Positions 1 to 9,753 are shown, counted from the stretch's first letter. The stretch is DNA of 64,000 nt from an uncultured delta proteobacterium (GCA_963778115.1 CAVZSV010000004.1:1120001-1184000); one strand, 5' to 3'. Program-made: numbers and translations. Notes: generated from the letters alone by a model not told the origin.

Positions 1-2827
1 GCTCCCTAATCTGATGCTGACAGCTAAATCCGTTCGCGAGGATTAAGATATCCGGATCGGAAGCCTGAATCCTGCGAATCTTAGGAGCCATCTTGTACTC
101 GCCTATTTGTCTAGAAATATCAAAGTGCTCCGCCTCAAATCCAAAGGACCCCGCTAAACCGCAGCAGCCGCTATCCAACATTTCGCAATCTACCCCCATT
201 TTCTTCAACACCTCTTCTTCGTCGGAAGTCCCGAAGATGGCTTTGTGATGACAGTGGGGCTGAGCAACGGCTTTCTTGGGCAATTTAGGGAATACATAAT
301 TAATGGCACGTTGATTCATAAACTCTCCCAACAAGAAAGACTGTTTTTTCAGTCTTATCGCCTGTTCGCTGGTGGGAAGAAGATTCGTGAGTTCGTCACG
401 AAATACGGCCATGCAACTGGGCTCGAGTCCTACAATCGGAACGCCATTTCGAATGGGTTCCTCAAGCTGTTGAAGTATCTGCAGCAGAAGTTTTTTTGCG
501 GCGGCCAAGAAGCCGTAGTCATACAGAGGCCGTCCGCAACAGAGCGATGCCTTAGGTACTATCACTCGAAATCCAGCATCCTCTAACACTTCCACGGCGG
601 CGATCGCTATTTCGGGAGTAAAATTATTATTGAAAGTATCTGCCCATAGGATAACGGGCTCTCCGTTCTCATTTTTCTTTGGTCTGTCTCGCCACCAACT
701 CTTGAAGGTCTGAAGCGCAAACGTGGGCATCGCCCTATTGGTAGTAATCCCCCCCATTTTCTTTACCAGTGAACCAAGCAATTTAGATTGAGTCACTGCA
801 TTCACCAAACGAGGTATTCGCGAAGCTAAACGAGCCCACCAATAGATCCCGCCGATGGAGTAGGCAACCCGCGGACGAAGGCGCCCCTTATAATAATGAG
901 AGAGAAACTCCGCCTTGAGCGTTGCCACGTCTACCTGAACGGGACAGTCCCCTTTACAGCCTTTACAGGAGAGGCACAGGCCGAGAGCCTCTTTGACGTG
1001 TTCGTCGTGCCATCCCTTTTTGAGACCTCCGCGTACCGTTTCGAAAAGCATGTGCGTACGTCCGCGCGTAGAATGCATCTCTTCCCGCGTCACGCGAAAA
1101 CTGGGGCACATGGTTCCCCCTTGTTCTCGCCTGCATTCCCCTACCCCAACGCAACGCTCAGTCGCGTGAGCAAAACTGCCGTTATCCTCCGGATAATGAA
1201 AATACGTGGTTCCCGGTTTAGGATCGTAGTCCGTTCCAAAACGAAGATTATCAGTGGGACGATACGCATCAACCACTTTACCGGGGTTCATCTTGCCCAT
1301 GGGATCCCAAATACGTTTGAATTCTCCAAAGGCCTCGACGAGCTCGGGGCCGAACATTTTGGGAAGAAGTTCGGCCCGAGACTGACCATCTCCATGTTCT
1401 CCGGATAGTGAGCCGCCGTAACTTACGACGAGATCCGCCGCCTCCCCAATAAATCGACGATATTTGAGTATGCCGTCTTGAGACTTCAAATCGAAATCGA
1501 TGCGGCAATGAACACAGGCTTGACCGAAATGTCCGTAAAGACTGGTATCGTATTTAAATTTATCTAAGAGTTTTCTGAAATCCCTGAGATAATCACCTAA
1601 CTTTTCCGGAGGAACTGCGGAGTCCTCCCAGCCTTCATGAGTGTCCGGTTTCCCCTTCGTGAAGGCTGTCGTTCCGAGACCAGCCTCTCTTACCTTCCAA
1701 AGCTCTTTTTCTTTCTCCGCGTCATCAGCAAGATTCATGCGATCTTTTGAGACTCCCGTTTTCGCCAGTGCCTCCATCAGTCGATGGGCCTTTCCGTCCG
1801 ACTCCTCTTTAGTTTCCCCTCCGAATTCCACCATAAGAAATGATCTTCCCTCGGGTAACAGGTGCAATGCCCCGACAGAGCGGCCTTGAGCTCGAACCAA
1901 TTGCACCAGCTTATCGTCAAGGCCTTCAATGGCGGTGGGGCCAAAGGATATGGTCAGCGGGACATGATCCGCCGCTGTGGCAATTTCATCGAATCCGATA
2001 ACCAGCATTGACCTTTTGGGAGGGCTATAAATCAGACGAGCCTTGGCAGCCAGAACCAATACGCAAGTTCCCTCGGTCCCTACCAGCGATCGCGCTACAT
2101 GAAATCCATTTTCAGGAAGAAGATCGTCGAGATTATAGCCGGAAACGCGACGAGGGATTTTAGGGTAACGCTCTCTGATAAGAGTTCCGTAACGATCGCT
2201 CAGCTTTTTAAGTCCAGAATAGATTTCTCCTCTACGCCCACCCTCTCGAATAATTTGCGCTAATTCTTCAGCAGATGTCTCCCCAACGCGCAATTTGAGT
2301 CCGTCATAGGTAAGGATATCTAGCTCGTGAATATTGTCGGAGACACGGCCTGCCATTTGGGCGTGCATGCCGCAGGAATTATTTCCAATCATCCCTCCTA
2401 TGACGCAATGGTTGTGTGTGGAGGGATCCGGACCAAACGTCAAACCATGTTCTTCGGCAGCGTCACGTAGCGTGTCGCAAATAGTTCCCGGCTCTACCCA
2501 AGCATATTTTTCCACTGGATTAAGATCTAACACTTTGCGCAGATACTTAGAAAAATCGATCACAACCGCAATGTTGCAACTACTCCCGGTGAGGCTAGTT
2601 CCTCCTCCCCGAGCGACGATAGGGGCCCCTAATTTTCGGCAAGCTTCCACCGTACGAATAACGTCTTCGAGGCTCTTGGGGATCACAACGCCGATAGGAA
2701 TCTGACGGTAGTTGGACCCATCCGTCGAGTACAGAGCGCGGCTTCCCTCATCAAATCGAACTTCACCCTGAATGACACCTTGGAGCGCATCACGCAACGT
2801 GCGGATGTCCGGGCGTTTCTCGTCCAT
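1..2827 (-). CDS. FAD-binding and (Fe-S)-binding oxidoreductase (GlcD/GlcF-like fusion); 3' end runs off the window
   Basis: Absent from the ORF track. Segments translated by hand from ATG 2827: MDEKRPDIRTLRDALQGVIQGEVRFDEGSRALYSTDGSNY, ARGGGTSLTG, GPDPSTHNHCVIGGMIGNNSCG, SGEHGDG, and C-terminal DSGCCGLAGSFGFE...ANGFSCQHQI. Confidence 0.9.
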   Translation of the reverse strand, partial: MDEKRPDIRTLRDALQGVIQGEVRFDEGSRALYSTDGSNYRQIPIGVVIPKSLEDVIRTVEACRKLGAPIVARGGGTSLTGSSCNIAVVIDFSKYLRKVLDLNPVEKYAWVEPGTICDTLRDAAEEHGLTFGPDPSTHNHCVIGGMIGNNSCGMHAQMAGRVSDNIHELDILTYDGLKLRVGETSAEELAQIIREGGRRGEIYSGLKKLSDRYGTLIRERYPKIPRRVSGYNLDDLLPENGFHVARSLVGTEGTCVLVLAAKARLIYSPPKRSMLVIGFDEIATAADHVPLTISFGPTAIEGLDDKLVQLVRAQGRSVGALHLLPEGRSFLMVEFGGETKEESDGKAHRLMEALAKTGVSKDRMNLADDAEKEKELWKVREAGLGTTAFTKGKPDTHEGWEDSAVPPEKLGDYLRDFRKLLDKFKYDTSLYGHFGQACVHCRIDFDLKSQDGILKYRRFIGEAADLVVSYGGSLSGEHGDGQSRAELLPKMFGPELVEAFGEFKRIWDPMGKMNPGKVVDAYRPTDNLRFGTDYDPKPGTTYFHYPEDNGSFAHATERCVGVGECRREQGGTMCPSFRVTREEMHSTRGRTHMLFETVRGGLKKGWHDEHVKEALGLCLSCKGCKGDCPVQVDVATLKAEFLSHYYKGRLRPRVAYSIGGIYWWARLASRIPRLVNAVTQSKLLGSLVKKMGGITTNRAMPTFALQTFKSWWRDRPKKNENGEPVILWADTFNNNFTPEIAIAAVEVLEDAGFRVIVPKASLCCGRPLYDYGFLAAAKKLLLQILQQLEEPIRNGVPIVGLEPSCMAVFRDELTNLLPTSEQAIRLKKQSFLLGEFMNQRAINYVFPKLPKKAVAQPHCHHKAIFGTSDEEEVLKKMGVDCEMLDSGCCGLAGSFGFEAEHFDISRQIGEYKMAPKIRRIQASDPDILILANGFSCQHQIRE

Positions 2828-3965
2828 CCACAGCTCGTTCTCCTTGCGCACACGCAAGACGCTCATCTTTTACCTCGTAACGGTTAATGGCCTCTTCATC
2901 CAATTCGATCCCATGTCCAGCAGAAGAAGAAGGTCTTGCCATTCCATTTATCATTTCTATTCTTCTCTTGAGGATCGGTTCCATTTGCGGAATAAACTCC
3001 ACGAACATGCTATTCGATACAGCCGCAGCAACGACTACGCTTAGCTCCGGGGAAACATGCGGAGCCACTTGAAGATTGGCCGCCTTAGCGAGACTACATA
3101 CCTCCATCGCCGGGGTGATCCCCCCAAGGCGCGCCACATCGGGCTGTAAAATATCGAGAGCTCCCTGCCGAAGGTATTCATAGAAATCGGCAGGGGTATA
3201 GAGACTCTCCCCTCCGGCGCGAGGAATTCGAGTATGCCGTCCCAGGGTTTTAAACCCCTGTATATCGGTAGCAAGCAGAGGTTCTTCAACCCACACGAGG
3301 TTGCAAGGTTCAAGCATTTTGATGCGAGGAACGGCTTCGTCGATGGTCCACGATTGATTGGCATCCACCATTATCTTGATCTTGGGTCCCACCGCTTCGC
3401 GCACTTTCGAGACTCGTTCAAAATCTTCTTCCGGGTCTTGTTTTCCTACCTTTAGCTTAACCGCGTGAAAGCCTTCCTCCGTGACTGCTTTATGACAGAG
3501 TTCGACCATTTCCTTTAATGGTCGATCGAGCCAGCCGACGTGGGTGTTATAGATCGGCACCTCTTCTTTGGCACCGCCTAGAAGAAGGTGCAGGGGAATG
3601 TTCATTCGTTTCGCTTGCAAGTCCCAAAGTGCTACGTCGATCGCAGCTAGTGCATCTGAAGCAATCACACCAGGGGTGAGGGCATGAATGCACTTCTTAA
3701 GAAATTCTCCCAGAAAGGTGATACGCCGGGAATCTTTGCCCAAAAGCTTTCCCGTCAACTCCCGACGCAGCAGCTCACAGATGGTCGTTCCCCCTTGACC
3801 GATGGTGTAACTAAAACCGACCCCCTTATTTCCCGCTCGGTCGGAAATTTCAACTAAGGGCAATTCAAGATTGCTGAATTTTTGAATAGCGTCTCCTCGA
3901 GGAGGATCTACTGGAATTCTAATGAGACGAGTACGAACTTCGCTAATTTCAAAAGATTTCGTCAC
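2790..3965 (-). CDS. Mandelate racemase/muconate lactonizing enzyme family (enolase superfamily), probable acid-sugar dehydratase
   Basis: AIDVALWDL, KLKVG, MVDANQ, WVEEP, GGES, ILQPDV and APH motifs. Confidence 0.88.
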   Translation of the reverse strand: MTKSFEISEVRTRLIRIPVDPPRGDAIQKFSNLELPLVEISDRAGNKGVGFSYTIGQGGTTICELLRRELTGKLLGKDSRRITFLGEFLKKCIHALTPGVIASDALAAIDVALWDLQAKRMNIPLHLLLGGAKEEVPIYNTHVGWLDRPLKEMVELCHKAVTEEGFHAVKLKVGKQDPEEDFERVSKVREAVGPKIKIMVDANQSWTIDEAVPRIKMLEPCNLVWVEEPLLATDIQGFKTLGRHTRIPRAGGESLYTPADFYEYLRQGALDILQPDVARLGGITPAMEVCSLAKAANLQVAPHVSPELSVVVAAAVSNSMFVEFIPQMEPILKRRIEMINGMARPSSSAGHGIELDEEAINRYEVKDERLACAQGERAVDGRETPGHPHVA

Positions 3966-4486
3966 GAGATTGCCCCCGCCGCCCGTTCGAGGCTCGGGGA
4001 ACCTTTTTCGAGCGGAGATTGCAAAGCTTTCTTAAATAAAGATCCCAACTTTTCCAAATCGGGCCGGGACTTTTTAGAGAGCAAAAGTGGAATGAAAACG
4101 TTTTGGCTTTCTTCAATTTCCTGTCTTACCGAAAGCCTCAGCGTTTCGAAATTAGATTTCCATTGCTCGCTAACGATTTCGTCTTCCTTGCGTGGCAGTT
4201 TGTCGAGCTCCTTGAGGAGCTGTTGCCGCTTAGCGGAAACGCTCTCATCCGTATGCGGGCCCGTCTGGTGAGAGACCAAGCTTTCTTTCTTTGCGAACCA
4301 GTAAACATGCAGGGCAGCACTAATCCTTGGAAAAAGATCGTACCGGCTAGTGGGACGTCCTAATATTTCGCTCATCTCATCCAACATCATCAAAATTTCT
4401 CTCTCTAATCCGGCTAATAGCTGTGTGATCAGTCGAGGCTCTTGCTGTTGCTGCCGATCTTCACTTTTTTCATCCCGAGAGCCCAT
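3962..4486 (-). CDS. Helical protein, possibly a degenerate hemerythrin/HHE-fold protein
   Basis: Overlaps the next gene by 4 nt; GAGG RBS. Helix pattern resembles hemerythrin-like proteins, but most His/Glu ligands are absent. Confidence 0.5.
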   Translation of the reverse strand: MGSRDEKSEDRQQQQEPRLITQLLAGLEREILMMLDEMSEILGRPTSRYDLFPRISAALHVYWFAKKESLVSHQTGPHTDESVSAKRQQLLKELDKLPRKEDEIVSEQWKSNFETLRLSVRQEIEESQNVFIPLLLSKKSRPDLEKLGSLFKKALQSPLEKGSPSLERAAGAIS

Positions 4487-4515
4487 CACACACCTCTTGC
4501 GTTCCCTATTAGTGA

Positions 4516-4531
4516 TGCAAGTAGCGCGCCC
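4516..4531 (-). promoter_or_regulatory. Putative sigma54 (-24/-12) promoter for the leftward operon
   Basis: Minus strand GGGCGC-gctac-TTGCA with GG-N10-GC spacing, about 30 nt upstream of the 4486 start. Confidence 0.5.
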
Positions 4532-4612
4532 ATATTCTATTAGGCTTGTCTTCGTAGGGTGCTATTTCGCTACGAACAGGGTAAAGGTTCCCGTATTGAG
4601 AAAGGAAAAATT

Positions 4613-4993
4613 ATGAAAACAGCGATTGGAAAGAGAGTTTGGGCTATTGCCGAAGGATACATTCCCTTGGGAAGCCATGGAAAAGAGCCCGAGTTTACTA
4701 GCCACGAAACCGCCTGTTTACTCAATACCGGTGAGCAGGAGGCGCATGTAAGTTTTACCGTCTATTTCTCGGATCGGGAACCCGTGGGTCCGTATCGCGT
4801 TACGGTGGGGGCGAAGCGAACCAAGCACGTGCGTTTCAATGATTTAAGCGATCCGGCTCTAATTCCTCGCGGTACCGATTATTCCAGTGTGATTGAATCG
4901 GATGTCCCAATCGTCGTACAGCACACCCGATTGGATTCCCGACAGGCTGAGAACGCGTTAGTTACTACCATTGCTTTCCCCGTGAGTGACTAG
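4613..4993 (+). CDS. Anabaena sensory rhodopsin transducer (ASRT) family protein
   Basis: IGKRVWAIAEGYIP, SHETACLLN, RTKHVRFNDL, IESDVPIVVQHTRLDSRQAENAL; ATG 4613 follows AAGGA. Confidence 0.9.
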   Translation: MKTAIGKRVWAIAEGYIPLGSHGKEPEFTSHETACLLNTGEQEAHVSFTVYFSDREPVGPYRVTVGAKRTKHVRFNDLSDPALIPRGTDYSSVIESDVPIVVQHTRLDSRQAENALVTTIAFPVSD

Positions 4994-5127
4994 CAGTTAC
5001 TGTGTCTTACCTCTACAGTATTTCGTTTTATGAGGTGTAATGCGACTGAGGGGCACGACTAACTTCTAATGGCCCCCCCGGTTTCCCTTTCCCGCCCACC
5101 TATTTGAAAAAGAAGCTTCCCCATGGA

Positions 5128-5143
5128 TGGCCTGTCGCTTGCA
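5128..5143 (+). promoter_or_regulatory. Putative sigma54 promoter for the GH39 operon
   Basis: TGGCCT-gtcgc-TTGCA. Places the transcription start just before the GGGAG RBS (5156-5160) and ATG 5168. Confidence 0.6.
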
Positions 5144-5167
5144 CATCCTATGTTTGGGAGACCAATA

Positions 5168-6619
5168 ATGAATCTACTGCCGTCGCCGGTGAACTTCGTA
5201 TGCAGCGTCTCAGGTGATTGGAAATCGCTTCCTCACTTTTGGGAACATACGGTAGGAAGCGGCCACGCGACCCTAGCCCTGAGGGCCGATTGGCAAAAAC
5301 AATTAGTACGGTGTCACCGGGAGTTGGGCTTTCGGCATGTGCGTTTTCACGGAATTCTTTCTGACGACATGGGAACGCTGGTATGTCAGCAGGACAAACT
5401 CGTGTATTCCTTTTTTAACGCCGATCAAATTTGTGAGTTTCTCCTTTCCATTGGAATGCGTCCGTTTATGGAATTATCATTCATGCCCACCACCCTTTCT
5501 TCTGGTTCTGCTACCGTCTTTCATTACCGCGGCAATGTCACTCCCCCCCAGGACTATGCTGCTTGGGAGAAATTGATCTATACCCTCGTTCAACACTGGC
5601 TCACGCGGTACGGTGAAACGGAGGTCACTCAATGGTTTTTCGAAATCTGGAACGAACCTAATCTCAAAGCATTTTGGACCGCGGAACAGTCTGATTATTT
5701 CAGACTCTACCAATATGCGGCGAGGGCTATCAAACGAGTTCACGGCGATTTGAAGGTCGGGGGTCCCGCAACCGCTGACAATGCATGGATCTCGGAGTTT
5801 CTCGCTTTCTGCAAGACCAACGATGCACCGGTGGATTTTATTTCGACCCACCATTATCCCACCGACGATTTTGGAAAACCAGGTGACAACACGAAGATGC
5901 AATTGGCGCAGAGTCGCCGAAGTGTACTGCGCGATGAGGTATCCATCACCAAAAGCAAAGCCCAAAATAAACCTGTGTACTACACCGAGTGGAGCACCTC
6001 CTCAAACCCCTTCGATGAGCTGCACGACCTTCCCTATGCCGCAGCGTTCATCACGAAGACCGTGATGGAAGCGCAGGGCTATGTAGACGGATACAGTTAT
6101 TGGACCTTTTCCGATATCTTTGAAGAGAACTATTTTTCCTCGGTTCCTTTCCATGGTGGCTTTGGCCTTTTGAACATTTACGGAGTTCCTAAGCCTTCTT
6201 ATCGCGCCTATCAGTTACTTCATCACTTGGGCTCCGAGACAAGGAAGGTGGATGGCAACCATCCCACCGTCGACGCTTGGATGACTCGCAAGAACAGAGT
6301 GCTTAAAATAATGCTGACCAATTCAGCCCTACCAACCCATCCCGTAAAATCCGAGCGGTTACAAATTCAATTGACTGACATAGGTCCTGTTAAAACGGCG
6401 TACGTGGAAAGGATAGATGATTCCCACGCTAATGCCCGATCTGCCTGGGCAGAAATGGGACAGCCAAACACGCTTACTCCCGAACAGGTTGAGACGCTCG
6501 AGTCAGCGTCGTCACTAACTCAGCAGCCCATCGAAATCGTCATCGAGAATGGCACGGCACTTGTAGAACTAATGTTGCCTCCTCAAGGAACGGCCTGCCT
6601 TACGTTGGAGCTGCCATGA
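5168..6619 (+). CDS. Glycoside hydrolase family 39 (beta-xylosidase-like)
   Basis: GFRHVRFHG, FEIWNEPN (acid/base), VGGPA, STHHYP, YYTEW (nucleophile), YWTFSDIFEE, FHGGFGL. Confidence 0.92.
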   Translation: MNLLPSPVNFVCSVSGDWKSLPHFWEHTVGSGHATLALRADWQKQLVRCHRELGFRHVRFHGILSDDMGTLVCQQDKLVYSFFNADQICEFLLSIGMRPFMELSFMPTTLSSGSATVFHYRGNVTPPQDYAAWEKLIYTLVQHWLTRYGETEVTQWFFEIWNEPNLKAFWTAEQSDYFRLYQYAARAIKRVHGDLKVGGPATADNAWISEFLAFCKTNDAPVDFISTHHYPTDDFGKPGDNTKMQLAQSRRSVLRDEVSITKSKAQNKPVYYTEWSTSSNPFDELHDLPYAAAFITKTVMEAQGYVDGYSYWTFSDIFEENYFSSVPFHGGFGLLNIYGVPKPSYRAYQLLHHLGSETRKVDGNHPTVDAWMTRKNRVLKIMLTNSALPTHPVKSERLQIQLTDIGPVKTAYVERIDDSHANARSAWAEMGQPNTLTPEQVETLESASSLTQQPIEIVIENGTALVELMLPPQGTACLTLELP

Positions 6620-7983
6620 ACCGACTTCCCGTCCTCGCACCCGAGGGGACCGACGAAGAGATGCTCGACAATCTGCAGCGGGAGACGTTTTCCTATTTTT
6701 TAAAGGAAACAAATCCTCGAAACGGCTTGATCAAAGACAAGACCCAACCGAAATCGCCTTCTAGCATTGGCGTGATTGGAATGGGTTTGAGTGTGTACGT
6801 CGTCGGGGTGGAAAGGGGTCTGTTCTCGCGGAAAGAGGCAGTCGCAAGAACCCTAACCATTTTGAGATTCTTTCATAGAAGTTCTCAGTCCAAGAAAGCG
6901 GATGCCACGGGATACAAGGGTTTTTTTTATCACTTTCTGGATATGCGGACGGGTCGTCGGGCTTGGGAGTGCGAATTATCGACCATAGACACCGCCTTTT
7001 TGATGGCGGGAATGCTAACCGCGGCCCAATATTTTACGAACGATACCGACAGTGAAAAAGAAATTCGTGAATTAGCGGATACCCTCTATCGGCAAGTGGA
7101 TTGGAAATGGGCTTTGAACGGCCGATCTACTCTTACCCATGGCTGGAAGCCCGAGACAGGTTTTCTATCGAATCGTTGGGACACCGGATACAGCGAGGCA
7201 CTGATCCTTTATGCGCTCGCTTTGGGATCTCCTTCTCATTCGATTTCAAAGAAGGGATACACTGACTGGACTTCCACTTTTGAATGGAAAAAAGTCTATG
7301 GAATTGAGTATTGGTATGCCGGTCCTCTATTCATCCATCAAATGTCGCATTTATGGATTGCTTTCAAGGACATTAAAGACGGCATTAACAGAAAATTTGG
7401 GATCGATTATTTTGAAAATAGTCGCCGGGCGACCTACGTCCACCGGCAGTATGCCATTCAAAATCCTTTGAAATTTCCCCATTATGGGAAAAATGGCTGG
7501 GGATTTACGGCAAGTGACGGGCCCGGTCCCGCAAAGATCGAAGTCGATGGGATTCCGCGGGAATTTTTTAACTATATCGCTCGCGGAGCGCCCTTTGGTC
7601 CAGACGACGGAACCATCGCTCCCTGGGCGGTGACGGCATCACTTCCCTTTGCACCTGAAATTGTCGTCGCGACGATTCGTCATGCGATTGAACGACTTGA
7701 GTTAAAAAATCATAAGCATTACGGCTTTGACGCAAGTTTTAATGCAGCCTTTCCAAAGAAAGGCCCCAATCGCCACGGTTGGGTATCGCCGTGGCGGTTC
7801 GGACTCAACGAAGCTCCCATTGTGCTGATGCTTGAAAATTATCGCTCAGGCTTAATTTGGGGACTGGTAAAGAAATGCCCCTATATTTCAAAGGGTCTTC
7901 GTCGAGCAGGATTTACGGGAGGCTGGCTTGAACGCAAATCTAGCCACTCGAAAGGAAAAAATGAAAACCGCTCTAAAAGATAA
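6616..7983 (+). CDS. Glucoamylase-like (Glycoamylase/GH144-type, beta-1,2-glucanase-related) protein
   Basis: GYKGFFYHFLD, ELSTIDTA, YSEALILY, GPLFIHQMSH, WGFTASDGP, DDGTIAP. Confidence 0.8.
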   Translation: MNRLPVLAPEGTDEEMLDNLQRETFSYFLKETNPRNGLIKDKTQPKSPSSIGVIGMGLSVYVVGVERGLFSRKEAVARTLTILRFFHRSSQSKKADATGYKGFFYHFLDMRTGRRAWECELSTIDTAFLMAGMLTAAQYFTNDTDSEKEIRELADTLYRQVDWKWALNGRSTLTHGWKPETGFLSNRWDTGYSEALILYALALGSPSHSISKKGYTDWTSTFEWKKVYGIEYWYAGPLFIHQMSHLWIAFKDIKDGINRKFGIDYFENSRRATYVHRQYAIQNPLKFPHYGKNGWGFTASDGPGPAKIEVDGIPREFFNYIARGAPFGPDDGTIAPWAVTASLPFAPEIVVATIRHAIERLELKNHKHYGFDASFNAAFPKKGPNRHGWVSPWRFGLNEAPIVLMLENYRSGLIWGLVKKCPYISKGLRRAGFTGGWLERKSSHSKGKNENRSKR

Positions 7984-8959
7984 AGTCGTGGTGATAACGG
8001 GTGCTTCGGCAGGCCTAGGTAGAGCTATAAGTCGTGCCTTTGGGGCGCACGGAGCGAAAGTGGGGCTAATAGCTCGAGGAGAAGACGGCCTAAAGGCAAC
8101 CGTTGCGGACGTTGAGAGACTAGGAGGAAGAGCTATCGGCATTTCAGCCGATGTCGCCGATTCCATCCAAGTGGAGAAAGCCGGCGAACAGATCGAAAAC
8201 GCGTGGGGACCCATCGACATTTGGGTGAACAACGCGATGGTCTCTGTTTTTTCTCCGGCGCACGAAATGGAACCGGACGAATATAAACGCGTCACGGAAG
8301 TTACGTATTTAGGAACCGTTTACGGAACCATTACCGCTCTAAAACAGATGCGAAAGCGGAACCGTGGCCATATCATTCAGGTCGGCTCGGCGCTAGCGTA
8401 CCGCGGAATTCCTCTTCAATCAGCATACTGCGGTTCAAAACATGCCATCCGAGGGTTTACCGATGCCGTTAGGACCGAGATTCTCCACGACAAATTAGCT
8501 ATTCGAATATCGATGGTGCAAATGCCCGCGATGAATACGATTCAATTCAGTTGGGTCAAGTCTCGACTGCCGAACAAACCCCAACCCGTTCCCCCCATTT
8601 ATGAGCCCGAAATCGCGGCTAAAGCGATCGTCTGGATTGCCCAGCATTATCGTAGAGAAATGAAGATTGGTTGGATCACTGACGTCGTGGTAATCGGAAA
8701 CAAGATCTTTCCTGGCTTAGGGGATCGTTACCTCGCTCATCAGGGATACTAATCTCAACAAACAAACGAACCCGTATCCCCCGCACGGCGGGACAATCTT
8801 TGGGAGCCTGTCCCTGGAGATCACGGCGCCCGCGGCCCCTTTGATGAGAGGTCCTACAAACATAGTCTGCTCCTTTGGTTTACGACGCATCGACTAGCAG
8901 TGCTCACAGGGGTGGCGCTTGCGGCCGCTGCGGTGTTGATCACTTGTTATCTAATTTAA
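7961..8959 (+). pseudogene. SDR family oxidoreductase interrupted by an in-frame TAA at 8750-8752
   Basis: TGASAGLG, NNA and YCGSK motifs. After the TAA the same frame continues SQQTNEPVSPARRDNLWEPVPGDHGARGPFDERS...hydrophobic tail to TAA 8957-8959, the usual C-terminus of this subfamily. Confidence 0.8.
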
Positions 8960-9080
8960 TGCAGAGGGAAACGAAACGGTTGAGCGAAAATTTAGATGTC
9001 GTCGATAGTGACAAAGCTAGTTAACAGGCTTAGTTTCGCCACGATGGTAGATGTTGAACTGTGACAGTTAAGGAGTGGAT

Positions 9081-9617
9081 ATGAAAAAAGTAGCGTGGTC
9101 TCTGGTTTTCCTCTCTTCCCTTTGCGCTTACGGAGCAAAGGTGAGTCATCCTCAGTGCCAAGACGTGGTCGACATCCAAGAAAAGGTTACTCCCGAATAT
9201 TTGGCCGTCCTCGATGGTTATAATAAAGCGGGCAAAGAAGTAAACGAAGTCGATCTTGGCGGCATTGTCAGCGAATCCGATAAGGTAAAGAAAGAGTGTC
9301 AATCGAACAAAACAGCCAAGGTAGACACCGTTCGTAAAAACGTTGCTAAGAACGCGGCGAAGACTCCAGTAGATTCGAAGACGGTAATCGCCCCAACCAA
9401 AGCGAAGTGCGAAGACTTCCTCGCTCTGGAAGAACGCGTGCAACCCGTGGCAGCCTATTGGGTGGCCGGACATTCAAAGTCTGGCCAAGTGAAAAAGGGC
9501 GAAGTCGACGAAATCTTCCTCGAACGGCCGGTCGCGGCGCTTATTGAGGAGTGTAAGGCCACCCCAACGGCATCCTTCTACGACAAAGCGAAAGCCTGGA
9601 TAAAAAAGCACACCTAA
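9081..9617 (+). CDS. Periplasmic protein with two tandem HdeA/HdeB-like chaperone domains
   Basis: Signal peptide. KCEDFLALEERVQP...C...ASFYDK resembles HdeA (TCEDFLAVDESFQP). Two Cys pairs, 47 and 48 residues apart. Confidence 0.7.
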   Translation: MKKVAWSLVFLSSLCAYGAKVSHPQCQDVVDIQEKVTPEYLAVLDGYNKAGKEVNEVDLGGIVSESDKVKKECQSNKTAKVDTVRKNVAKNAAKTPVDSKTVIAPTKAKCEDFLALEERVQPVAAYWVAGHSKSGQVKKGEVDEIFLERPVAALIEECKATPTASFYDKAKAWIKKHT

Positions 9618-9622
9618 GAAAT

Positions 9623-9704
9623 AGGGGTCACTCTCCTTTCAGACAAAAAAATACGGGTTATCTCTCGGAACGATGACTCGAGCGCTAAAAGGAGAGTGAC
9701 TCCT
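9623..9704. repeat. 17-bp imperfect inverted repeat flanking 48 bp (MITE/REP-like element or RNA stem)
   Basis: AGGGGTCACTCTCCTTT (9623-9639) and AAAGGAGAGTGACTCCT (9688-9704), one mismatch, between convergent genes. Confidence 0.75.
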
Positions 9705-9753
9705 GACACTCACCTGGCACTGCTTCTCGCCCGAAAAGTGAATGGGTATTTTT

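Noticed and set aside
245..2705. Plus-strand ORFs 245-586, 896-1408, 1641-1889 and 2334-2705
   Set aside because: Antisense shadows of the minus-strand FAD/Fe-S oxidoreductase.
4613..4993. Light-sensing rhodopsin system
   Set aside because: No seven-TM opsin or retinal synthesis gene near the ASRT gene.
8750..8752. Stop-codon reassignment (TAA read as sense)
   Set aside because: TAA, TAG and TGA all end intact genes at the expected positions elsewhere in the window; a single case fits mutation or error.
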